Shown: in pieces, positions 12,001-23,160 of the stretch
Layout: each line of letters starts with the position of its first letter
Position numbering within the stretch: the stretch's first letter is position 1
Assembly: GCF_006345805.1 (NCBI RefSeq)
Contig: NW_021835750.1
Span: 1 to 38,484, forward strand
Source of the DNA: Octopus sinensis
Lineage: Eukaryota
Reading direction: 5' to 3'
Length of the DNA stretch: 38,484 bases
Notes under the pieces: generated by a model
The model's input: the letters and a program-made list of their open reading frames with translations, nothing else
The model's database searches: none
What the model was told of the DNA's origin: nothing
Made by a program: the position numbers and the translations under genes

Positions 12001-12404
12001 AGGAGTGGTTGTGTGGTAAGTAGTTTGCTTACGAACCACATGGTTCCCAGTTCAGTCCCACTGCGTGGCACCTTGGGCAAATGTCTTCTACTATAGCCTC
12101 GAGCCGACCAAAGCCTTGTGTGTGGATTTGGTAGACGGAAACTGAAAGAAGCCCGTAGTATATATGTATATATGTATGTGTGTGTATGTTTGTGTGTCTG
12201 TGTTTGTCCCCCCCCCCAACGCCGCTTGACAACCGATGCTGGTGTGTTTACGCCCCCGTAACTTAGCGGTTCGGCAAAAGAGACCGATAGAATAAGTACT
12301 AGGCTTACAAAGAATAAGTCCTGGGGTCGATTTGCTCGACTAAAAGGCGGTGCTCCAGCATGGCCACAGTCAAATGACTGAAACAAGTAAAAGAGTAAAA
12401 GAGT
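12001..12404 (+). mobile_element. SINE family B, full length
   Basis: Head aggagtggttgtgtggtaag, a CORE-like ccttgggcaaatgtcttct segment, internal microsatellite and (aaaagagt)n tail. Confidence 0.95.
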
Positions 12405-12880
12405 ATACCCAAGTCCCAAATTAAAGAAAAAAAACTGCAGAAATGTTTTAATGTATATAAATACATTTCGTTACCAATTTAAAATGTATAAATGAATTTC
12501 GCTTATATATAAAACACATATCGTTCTTCAAATCAATCTCTCATCGTTACATTCTGTCAACTCACCTCAGTCCACTATAAAACAACAGCCATCTGCAACA
12601 TATCTATACAAAAAACAAAAAAGAAATACTCTAAACCAAATCGCTTTCTCATAAACAAAAAATAATAAAATGCTTTTGTTTTTAAAAAATTGCAAAACAT
12701 GTTTTTTTTTTCAGCGCATCACACATTTTTTTAAAGTCTCATATGTTTGTCTTATTTTCATATTTTAAGATTAGTTACCAATCTTGAATGTAATCCGTGT
12801 TTAATGTTATAAAAATAGCAGGAGTAGTAAGTCTTAGAATTATTTTAGCAAAATCATTGACAGTGTAATGTGAACAGCGC

Positions 12881-13198
12881 GGTGGTCGAGCTGGCAGAAA
12901 CGTTAGCACGCCGGGCGAAATGCTTAGCGGTATTTCGTCTGCCGCTACGTTCTGAGTTCAAATTCCGCCGAGGTCGACTTTGCCTTTCATCCTTTCGGGG
13001 TCGATAAATTAAGTACCAGTTACGCATTGGGGTCGATGTAATCGACTTAATACCTATGTCTGTCCTTGTTTGTCCCCTCTGTGTTTAGCCCCTTGTGGGT
13101 AATAAAGAAATAGGTATTTCGTCTGCGTTACGTTGTGAGTTCAAATTCCGCCGAGGTCGACTTTGCCTTTCACCCTTGTGGGTAGTAAAGAAATAGGT
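12881..13198 (+). mobile_element. SINE family A, 1.5 units
   Basis: gagctggcagaaacgttagcacgccgggcg head. The second unit is internally deleted. Confidence 0.95.
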
Positions 13199-13492
13199 AA
13201 TTTGAAATCGGTTTCAGATTACCGGGGGGTAGCTTGAAATGGGGGGGGGGGTACTTGAAATCTTTACACCGGGAGCACAATAACGATCTCTAATTAGGAT
13301 TTGCAGACCTTATAAAAATGATTCTGACTCTGTATATCGACAGGCCTTGTAGAAATCATTAGTAAAGCTTGGGATTTTCGAATAAACTCTAAATACCATG
13401 GTGATGCTATATAATGATTTAAAGGCATCTGTTCTCTAAAATGGCAGTTAATCTCAGCGTTTTAATCTTATACGCGCGCACGCACACACGCA

Positions 13493-13742
13493 CGAGGTGC
13501 GATGGGTAAATTATCGCCATTTTATATTTTGAATTTCACGTATGTGCATTGTTTGATTTTGCTTTTGTCGCCTACACAGTACAGTACGGTCAGTTGGGCA
13601 CTGTCTGTACGAAAAACAGCACCATGACGCTATTCACTCAGCCATAAATTTGGAAACGACTTGCTATACTACTTCGCATTCGCATTCGCGTCGGAAGCTC
13701 CAAAACGAACATTTCAGTGGATTTGGGTGTCAATCTAAGGAA
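13493..13742 (+). mobile_element. 5' end of a Tc1/mariner (probably maT-like) transposon, truncated
   Basis: Starts cgaggtgcgatgggtaaatt, a mariner-like terminus (the preceding dinucleotide is CA, not TA). ATG at 13624 gives MTLFTQP*IWKRLAILLRIRIRVGSSKTNISVDLGVNLRK, resembling a transposase N-terminal HTH. It breaks off into the satellite. Confidence 0.6.
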
Positions 13743-14845
13743 AATGCCCTTCTCCTTCTTCGGAACTTTCCAGGAAGTCCTTCCCCCTCTACGGAACTTC
13801 CCAGGTATACCTCCCTCTCCTCCACTTCCCCCTCTCTCCTCCTCAGAACTTCCCAGGAAGTCCTTCCCTCTACCCATCCTCCCATTTCTCGGAACTTCAG
13901 TCACCTCCACTTCCTCCCCTTCCCCTACTAGAAACTTTCCAAGAAGTCCTTCCCTCTACTCCGCTTCCTCCCCTTCCCCCTCCTCTGAACTTTCCAGGAG
14001 CTACTTCCCCTCCTCGGCACTTTCCAGGAACTCCTTCCCCTCCTCAACATTCCTCCCCTTCCCCACCACCTCGAAACTTTCCAGAAACTCATTCTCCTCC
14101 TCCACTTCCTCCCCCTCCTCCCTCTCAGGAACTTTCCTGGAAGTCCTTCCCACTATTTCCCTTTATCCCCATCAATCCACCTCGGTACTTAACAGTAACT
14201 CCTTCCCCTCTCCTCCTCCCCCTTCCGCCCCTTCCCACCTCCCCGGAACTTTCCTGGAAGTATTTACACCTCTTCCTCCCGCTCCACGAAACTTACACAG
14301 AAGTAATTCCTCCCACTCCTCGGAACTTACTTCCGGGTAAGTTCCGGGGCAGGAATTACTTCCGGGAAAGTCCCGAAAGGCGGAAGGGGACGAATTACTT
14401 CCGAGTAAGGGAAGAATTACTGCCAGGAATGCTCCGAGAAGGAAGATAGGACGGAGCTACTTCCGGATTCCGAGGGGGGAAGGGGAGGAATTACTTCCGG
14501 GTAAGTTCCGAGGTGAGTAATTAGTACCGGGTAGGGAAGGAATTACTTCCGGGAAGGTCCGAGGAGGTGGAGAAGAGAGGGAATTACTTCCAGGTAGAGA
14601 GGAATTACTCCTGGGTAGGGGAGGAATTACTTCCGGAAAATTTCCGAGGATGTAGGGGACTTACTTCCGTGTAGGGGAGGAATTACATCCGGGTTCCGTG
14701 GAGTGGGGAAGGGAAGGAATTACTTCCAGAAAAGTTCCGGGGCGGTGGAGGAAGGGGAGGAATTAATTCCGGGTATTTCAGACGGGGAGAATTACTTCTG
14801 GGAAAGTTCCGAGAAGGGGGAGGAAGGTGAGGAATTACTTGCGGG
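13741..14845. repeat. Head-to-head purine/pyrimidine-skewed satellite (foldback-like)
   Basis: The C-rich left arm repeats ggaactttcc(a/t)ggaagt. The G-rich right arm repeats ggaattacttccggg(aaagttcc), the reverse-complement family. The central hairpin is at 14321-14346. Confidence 0.9.
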
Positions 14846-14867
14846 TAATATATAAATATATATATAT

Positions 14868-15278
14868 ATAGGCGCAGGAGTGGCTATGTGGTAAGTAGCT
14901 TGCTTACCAACCACATAGTTCCGGGTTCAGTCCTACTGCGTGGCACCTTGGGCAAGTGTCTTCTGCTATAGCCTCGGGCCGACCAAAGCCTTGTGAGTGG
15001 ATTTGGTAGACGGAAACTGAAAGAAGCCTGTCGTATATATGTATATGTATATGTATTTGTGTGTATGTTTGTGTATCTGTGTTTGTCCCCCTAGCATTGC
15101 TTGACAACCGATGCTGGTGTGTTTACGTCCCCGTCACTTAGCGGTTCGGCAAAAAAGACCGATAGAATAAGTACTGGGCTTACAAAAGAATAAGTCCCGG
15201 GGTCGATTTGCTTGACTAAAGGCGGTGCTACAGCATGGCCGCAGTCAAATGACTGAAACAAGTAAAAAGAGTAAAAGA
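14868..15278 (+). mobile_element. SINE family B, full length
   Basis: ataggcgcaggagtggctatgtgg...gactgaaacaagtaaaaagagtaaaaga. Confidence 0.95.
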
Positions 15279-15639
15279 TTATATATATATATATATATAT
15301 ATCTTCTTTTGATAGGCGGATCTCGAAGAAAATAAAGCCCCCAAAAGCCTATTTCACGTTCTCGAACTTTCTGAATTCATAAGATGTCAACAAATGTAAT
15401 GTTATATTCTGTAATGAAGTTAGAAACGAGTAGAAACGAGTTGTGGCCAACACATTTACATCCGTATGTTCGAGTTTCAGCTTATACAGGGGTCTTATAT
15501 GGAATTAGCTAAAGTGAATGTTTAACAGAGTTTAATTGTGATTTTTCTAAGTCTCATAATCCATGTGTAATAACATTTTAAGTGTAAAAAATTACTTCAG
15601 CTACGATTTCACAGGTGAGTTTAGTAATGGTAGAAGTGT

Positions 15640-15751
15640 TACATGTGTGTGTATGTGTGTGTGTGTGTGTGTGTGTGTAGTAACATGCACGTAGAGATAG
15701 AAAGACAAAGATGGCGAAAGAGGGGGCGGTAAAAATCAAAGAGACACAAAC

Positions 15752-15832
<81 letters not shown>

Positions 15833-15870
15833 CAGACAGACAAACAAAGAGGTAAATAGATACACAGACA
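15640..15870. repeat. (TG)n and (GATA)n/(GACA)n microsatellites
   Basis: Directly visible. Confidence 0.9.
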
Positions 15871-15928
15871 GACGATAGGTCGGGTTAGATAATAAATAAT
15901 GCTTGTGTTTTCATGTCAGCTTATATAT

Positions 15929-16151
15929 GAGCTGGCAGAAACGTTAGCACGCCGTACGAAATGCGTAGCCGTGTTTCGTCTGTTGTTACGTTGTGAGTTC
16001 AAATTCCGCCGAGGTCTATTTTGCCTTTCATCCTTTCGGGGTCGATAAATTAAGTACCAGTTAGGCACTGGGGTCGATGTAATCACCTTAATCCGTTTGA
16101 CTGTCCTTGTTAGTCCTCTCTGTGTTTAGCCACTTGTGGGTAGTAAAGAAA
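15929..16151 (+). mobile_element. SINE family A, monomer
   Basis: gagctggcagaaacgttagcacg...gagttcaaattccgccgagg...gggtagtaaagaaa. Confidence 0.9.
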
Positions 16152-16347
16152 CATATATATAAAGACAATTTAACATTAAACTGTAAGAGTATTCAATACT
16201 TTTCAGTAGGGTACGTGTTGATTAACTTTTATAAAGACAAGGTTTACAGTAACTTCGAAGTTTTGGCTGGCTTCTCTCCATCGGTGTGTCTAATGTCTGC
16301 GAGCAAGCTGTAATATCACTGTCAGCCTTTCCCTTATGAAAATTATA

Positions 16348-16416
<69 letters not shown>

Positions 16417-16658
16417 GTGCGTGTGTGTATAGATAGAGGATGGAATGAAAAGTGCCTGGTTTTGGGTAAACACATGAGAATCAGTTAATTATGATTTTAC
16501 CCAACATATTCCCCTCTCAGGTTTAAACACACGTATTGCAGCGGCCCTTCAGTTTTTCTAAGCCCTGTAAAAGATCTCAGAAAGTTGGGCCTCCAGCCAT
16601 GCCTTTCGCGACACCCTAAGGGAACTTTTCAGCACCCCCTCAGCACACATACACACAT

Positions 16659-16862
16659 ACTCTTTTACTCTTTTACTCATTTACTTGTTTCAGTCATTTG
16701 ACTGCGGCCATGCTGGAGCACCGCCTTTAGTCGAGGAAATCGACCCCGGGACTTATTCTTTGTAAGTCCAGTACTTATTCTATCGGTCTCCTTTGCCGAA
16801 CCGCTAATTGACGGGGGCGCAAACACACTAGCATCGGTTGTCAAGCAATGCTAGGGGGACAA

Positions 16863-16923
<61 letters not shown>

Positions 16924-17063
16924 TACGACAGGCTTCTTTCAGTTTCCGTCTAGCAAATCCACTCGCAAGGCATTGGTCGGCCCGGGGCTATAGCAGAATA
17001 CACTTGCCCAAGATGCCACGCAGTGGGACTGAACCCGGAACCATATGGCTGGTTAGCAAGCTA
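16659..17063 (-). mobile_element. SINE family B, slightly 5'-truncated
   Basis: Reverse complement of 14900-15278. Confidence 0.95.
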
Positions 17064-17305
17064 CATTTTTTTCACGTATATAATTATAAAGATATAAGTA
17101 CAGAGTTCTATATAGAGAACAAATTATAGCGTGGATTGTAGGTATTTGACACCTATTTCTCGCATTGGCGCTGGTCATTTCCAGTAGCCCTTAACTATTA
17201 TTATATACGCTAAAAAATTAATATTGCCTATACAGTCATTTTTGAAATGCTAGGCCACTGATATAATCATCTTATGATTATGTCCTTATCTTATAAATCA
17301 TATAT

Positions 17306-17430
17306 ATAGGCGCAGGTGTGGTTGTATAGTAAGAAGTATGTTCGCTAACCTCGTGGTTCCAGGTTCAGTCTCACTGCGTGGCACCTTGGACGACCAAGAC
17401 GTTGTGAGTGGATCTGAAAGATGTCGAATG
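17306..17430 (+). mobile_element. SINE family B, deleted 5' part running into (TG)n
   Basis: ataggcgcaggtgtggttgt...ggttcagtctcactgcgtggcaccttgg. Confidence 0.85.
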
Positions 17431-17453
17431 TGTGTGTGTATGTGTGTGTGTGC

Positions 17454-17493
<40 letters not shown>

Positions 17494-17964
17494 CACATTT
17501 ATGAACACACATTTGTAAATAGTGTGTCTACATCTACTTCTATGTAGGCAAACCACATCTCCAACTGCAGGTCTCCTTCTCTGCGCCACCACAACAGTCC
17601 TTATATATACCACCAACAAACACACCACACCACACCAAGCAACAACAACAGCAATAACAAATATGTCTCTGTTGTCAACTTCAAAAGCTTAACGACTGAT
17701 TTCAAAGTATTTGAAAAGAAAAAAAATTAACTCTTTAATTTCAAATACTTTAGGAAAGGCCCTCGCGTTGGTAATCCTTCCCTGCTCCGACCACCGAACA
17801 TATAAACCTCTGTGTGTGCGAGTGTATAGAAATATATATTTAAGTATACACACACACACACACACACACCACACACACACACACCCTGCACGTGCGTGGT
17901 TGCATAATCTGTGTGTATTCGTTGTGTATGTGTATGTTTATGTGTGCATTCCATACATTTGGAC

Positions 17965-18039
17965 AGATAGATAACAGACAGACAGATAGATGACTAGATA
18001 GATAAAAAGACAGACAGACAGACAGACATACAGACAGAC

Positions 18040-18091
<52 letters not shown>

Positions 18092-18093
18092 GA

Positions 18094-18143
<50 letters not shown>

Positions 18144-18231
18144 GGATAATCATGTTCTGGACGTCATTTTGTAGCTTGGCATCGTAAGTGACGACGATGA
18201 TAATGACGACGACAACGACGACGACGATGAC

Positions 18232-18271
<40 letters not shown>

Positions 18272-18278
18272 GTGATGG

Positions 18279-18319
<41 letters not shown>

Positions 18320-18367
18320 GTGATTATAATGATGATGATGATGATGATGATGATGATGGTGATTATA

Positions 18368-18398
<31 letters not shown>

Positions 18399-18555
18399 GG
18401 AGGTGATGAGGGTGATGATGATGATGATGATGATGATGACGATGACGACGATGATAATGATGACGATGATGACGACGGCGATGATGATGACGATGGCGAT
18501 AGCGATGGTGATGGGCTTCGACGACGACGACCAAGGTGACGATGATGGCGGTGAT
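17965..18555. repeat. (GACA)n/(GATA)n then (GAT)n/(GAC)n blocks
   Basis: Directly visible. Confidence 0.95.
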
Positions 18556-18719
18556 AATGATGCTGGTTTATCACAAAGTTGTTGTTTGTTTCGCTTTCAT
18601 ACGAAGCTAACTTTGATATATCTTCACTTCCAATCACTTTATACGCCATTAGACAGCGTCGTAAACGAATAGAATTAAGCTCACATTGTAAGACAAAGGT
18701 CGAAGATTAAGATTAGGTG

Positions 18720-19091
18720 CGCGCGCGCGCACATATACATACACGAGGGTGCGCATACATTAATGTGTGTGTGTGTATATACCATATAAATATGTACAAT
18801 CATAGATACATAAGTACTTACATACACACATACATATATAATTTATATATATATATATATATCAATATCTATACATATATATATACATACGCTTGTATAC
18901 ACACTTATACACATAAATACACACACATGTATATATAAATACATGTATTATGTATAACTATATGCATACACACATATTTATATCAATATGTATGTATGCA
19001 TATATATATATATATGTGTGTGTGTATGTGTGTGTGTGTGTGTGTATGTAGGTATGCAGGTATGTTTATATATATGTACGTATGTATGTAC

Positions 19092-19127
<36 letters not shown>

Positions 19128-19252
19128 TTTGGTGTATGTTTGTGTGTGTGTGTGCGTGTGTATATATATATATCCATCTATATATCTATGTGTGTATTTA
19201 TATATACACACACAGACACACACAGACACACACACATATATATATATATATA
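18720..19252. repeat. Compound (TA)/(CA)/(TG) microsatellite
   Basis: Directly visible. Confidence 0.9.
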
Positions 19253-19584
19253 AGCTCTGTGTATTATTGTGCTGTATCTCGCCAATTAGATTGTATTGAC
19301 ACAGCAACTGTCAGATCACAAATTAACTCAGACTTGATTTCTCAACACGGTGTTGAAATCGATACTGAAATATTAATAGATTTAATTAAGAGAACAAAAA
19401 CGGGTTTTTAAGCGTGAACGAATCTTTACTCTTGTGTAACTTTGTAAAGCTGCGTCGACACATGCCGCCCTCTCAACCTGAAAGAATCTTCCAGACTATC
19501 GAAAGTTTATTTCCAGAAATTCCGTCGAGATCATCAAACAGAATTAAAGTTATGCTCAGTTGAAATAATGTGTTATATATTTAG

Positions 19585-19955
<371 letters not shown>

Positions 19956-20035
19956 TGTAATGCGAAGAAAACAAAGCTATAAATAATAGCGTGTAAACAT
20001 TGATTCAAAAACCATTTTAGATAGAAAATGTCGAA

Positions 20036-20103
20036 GGTTACCCGCGGGACTCGAACCCGCATCTTCTGTAAACATGACAGTCGCTCTACCAATGGAACGC
20101 CCA
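20036..20103 (-). pseudogene. tRNA-like sequence (pseudogene or SINE head), nominal anticodon TGT
   Basis: D arm gttc-cattggta-gagc, anticodon arm ctgt-catgttt-acag and a perfect T arm gcggg-ttcgagt-cccgc. The acceptor stem does not pair and position 33 is not U. Confidence 0.7.
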
Positions 20104-20384
20104 AGTGAGAAAATAGACTTGTTAAGGTGATCTCTACAAGTTTTCTGTAGGAGATTATCGCTAGCGCTGATTTTTTTTTACGACGTTTCGTATCAGGGTA
20201 CGCCTGAAGTAAACAACAATATGATCTAAGTTGAAGAATTGATAATGAGTATATATGTCATATTCCAGGCATTTTTGCTCCTTCATCCTCACCCACCTAA
20301 CCCATTAAAGCATTTATGAACTCATTGCTTAAATAGCCACTAAATATAGCAGTGTAACATTACTGGATATACCAATTTTACATA

Positions 20385-21727
20385 CGGGGGTGGACTGAAA
20401 ATTTCATAGGCTGACTAAGAAGTTCATAGGCTAAGTTCATAGGCTAAGAAGGTGTTATCATACAGTAATTAAACTTGGCATGCATTATGTTCAACCTTTA
20501 CTGATGCTAACTGCATTTTTTCTTTCCAGATAAGCCCACGCTGGATACAGAAGTGAGGGCTTGGAAAAGTGGTACTAGAAACATTGACGGCGAGCTGGCA
20601 GAAACGTTAGCACGCCGGGCGAAATGCTTAGCGGTATTTCGTCTGTCGTTACGTTGTGAGTTCAAATTCCGCCGAGGTCAACTTTGCCTTTCATCCTTTC
20701 GGGGTCGATAAATTAAGTACCAGTTACGCTCTGGGGTCGATATAATCGACTTAATACCTATGTCTGTCCTTGTTTGTCCCCTCTATGTTTAGCCCCTTGT
20801 GGGTAATAAAGAAATAGGTATTTCGTCTGCCGTTACATTGTGAGTTCAAATTCCGCCGAGGTCGACTTTGCCTTTCATCCTTTCGGGGTCGATAAATTAA
20901 GTACCAGTTACGCACTGGGGTCGATGTAATCGACTTAATACCTATGTCTGTCCTTGTTTGTCCCCTTTGTGTTTAGCCCCTTGTGGGTAATAAAGAAATA
21001 GGTACTAGAAACATTTCGTGAAGATGGATAAAATTTGGCCCCGTTGTGTTATCAAATATATGCTGAAAAGGGGTTAGCCTCCGAGGACATTCATGCTGAC
21101 ATGGTTGTTACATTGGGGGATGAGGCTCCAGCTTTATCAACTGTGCAAAAGTGAGCAACTGAATTCAAGAGGGATACGGTGAGTCTTAGAACTGGCCCAA
21201 AGTCTGGACGTCCTGCCACAGCCACCGCCAAAGAAAATATCGACCGTGTTCACCATATGGCAAATGGTGTAGGCATCTCTTGTGAACGACATGAGAACAT
21301 TCTGCATAACGAACTTGGCATGTCAAAGGCTTCCACTCAGTGGGTGTCATGACTTTTGACACCAGATCAAAAGCTCACCAGGCTGGTCATGTTGCAGGCG
21401 AATTTGACACTTTTTGAAGCAAATCCAGCTGGTTTTCTTGAACGATGGATGTTGGGTTCATCACTTTGAGCCAGAGACCAAACGGCAGTCCATGCAGTGG
21501 AAACACTCGTCTTCTCTCCACTAAAGAAGACCAAGGTGGTGTCATCGGCAGGGAAGATGATGGCCTAATTCTTCTGGGATACAAAGGGAATTGTGTTCAT
21601 TGACTGCCTTCAGAAAGGCCTTACTATCAATGGAGAATGTTATGCCAAATTGGTGAGGCAACTGCGAAAGGCAATCAAGTCAAAATGGCCTGGAAAACTG
21701 ACGAAAGGGGTCCTGCTTCACCAGAAC
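20385..21727 (+). mobile_element. Mariner transposon, decayed, 3' end lost, interrupted by SINE A
   Basis: TA, then cgggggtggactgaaaatttcatagg terminus. ATG 21024 with frameshifts gives MDKIW...STVQK*ATEFKR...SGRP...WVS*LLT (WVPRLL motif)...CWVHHFEPETKRQSMQWKH...FWDTKGIVFIDCLQKGLTING...GVLLHQN, ending at the second catalytic Asp position. Confidence 0.9.
20586..21000 (+). mobile_element. SINE family A dimer inserted in the mariner 5' UTR, 15-bp TSD
   Basis: TSD ggtactagaaacatt at 20571-20585 and 21001-21015. Confidence 0.95.
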
Positions 21728-21779
21728 TTCCGTTGATCGTATCAACCGGAAACTTCGTCGTCGCAACCGACGGAGTGCC
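21728..21779 (+). mobile_element. 3' tip of SINE family C
   Basis: ttccgttgatcgtatcaaccggaaacttcgtcgtcgcaaccgacggagtgc matches 10105-10157. Confidence 0.85.
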
Positions 21780-21782
21780 ACC

Positions 21783-21995
21783 ATATGTATGTATGTATAT
21801 ATATATATATATATACAGACACATATATATGACGGGCTTCTTTCAGTTTCTGTCTGCTAAATCAACTCACAAGGCTTTAGTTGGTCCGAGGATATAGTAG
21901 AAGACATTTGCGCAAGGTGCCACGCAGTGGGATTGAGCCTGAAACCATGTGGTTGGGAAGCAAACTTCTTACCACACAGCCACACCTGCGCCTAT
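21783..21995 (-). mobile_element. SINE family B, 5' half plus internal microsatellite
   Basis: Reverse complement of the ataggcgcaggtgtggctgtgtggtaag...gaaagaagcccgtc head. Confidence 0.9.
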
Positions 21996-22079
21996 TATAA
22001 TATACTTTTACTCATGTCTTGAGTTCTATTTTCCTATTTACATCACCAAACCCACACATTTTTCTATTTCTATTTCCGT

Positions 22080-22837
22080 ATCACTCTCTCTCTCTCTCTC
22101 TCTCTCTCTCACATCTCTCTCCCCTTCTCCCTCTCTCTTTTTCTTTCTCCTTCTTTCTCTGCCTTTCCCTCTCCTCTCACTTCTATCTCAGAACATTACG
22201 TATCTAACCTGTTATTATATTCGTGACTCTGTGTATAAAGATGTGTGTGCGTATGTCTGTGTGTGTGTGTGAGTGCGTGTGCACGTATGTATGAGTGTAT
22301 GAACATAGGTTTGTCTGTATATGTGAGGGTGAGTGTATGTGTGTATGTGTGTACGTCTGCATGTGTATGCCTGCGTGTGTGCGTCCATCTATGACTGAGC
22401 GTGTGTTTATGCGTGTGTGCACGTGTGTCTGCGAATGTAAGTGTGGAAGAATCTATCTCTGTGCGTATGTGTGTGTTTGAGTATACGTGTGTGTTTGTCT
22501 GTGTCTGTGTGTCTGTGTCTGTGTGACTGTGTCTGTGTGTGAGTGTTTGTGTGTGTGTATAAGATAGAGAGAGTGCGTGTGTGTTAGAGAGAGAGAGAGT
22601 GTGTGTGTGTGTGTGTGTGAGTGTGTGTGTGTGTGAGTGTGCACGTGCATCTATGTCTGTATGTATATCCAAGTATACTGTGTGTGAGTGTCTGTGTGTG
22701 TGTGCGTGCGTGCGTGTCTGTGTGTTTGTGTGTGTATAAGATAGAGAGTGCGTGTGTGTTAGACAGAGAGAGAGTGTGTGTGCGTGTGAGAGAGAGTGTG
22801 TGTGTGTGTTAGAAAGAGAGTGTGTGTGCGTGTGTGT

Positions 22838-22868
<31 letters not shown>

Positions 22869-22870
22869 TT
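22080..22870. repeat. (TC)n and long imperfect (TG)n/(AG)n block with duplicated ~60-bp sub-unit
   Basis: gtataagatagagag...tgcgtgtgtgttaga occurs at ~22556 and ~22733. Confidence 0.9.
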
Positions 22871-22959
22871 GTCAGGTATTGACATTCCGATGAGGTCAAC
22901 TTGAAACAATATACGGGGTACAAGAGGTCATGTCAACAAAACAGTAAAATTGATAACGG

Positions 22960-23160
22960 CGGCAACAATAACAACAACAACAATAACAAAAACAACGACA
23001 GCTGCTGTAACAAGAACAACAGCAACAAACAACAACTACAACAACAACAACAGTTTCAACAATAAGAGCCTCCACAAGAACAGCAAAGCGGATAACAACA
23101 GTAACAAGAACATTAACAATAACGACAGTAATCTCGATAAAAGCGGTAATGACGATACAA
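22960..23160. repeat. Degenerate (AAC)n
   Basis: Directly visible. Confidence 0.85.

Noticed and set aside
13717-14340. 207-aa Ser/Pro-rich ORF
   Set aside because: The first residues come from the broken transposase and the rest is the C-rich satellite, which lacks stops by composition.
20036-20103. Functional tRNA-Thr(TGT)
   Set aside because: No acceptor stem, non-canonical positions 8/9 and 33. The SINE heads likewise lack full cloverleaves.
22879-22936. Hammerhead-like ttgacat-t-CCGATGA-ggtcaactt-GAAAC...GTC-atgtcaa
   Set aside because: Stem I is 7 bp, but the core has U4C plus an extra base, stem II has only G-U pairs and stem III only two pairs. Too many defects.
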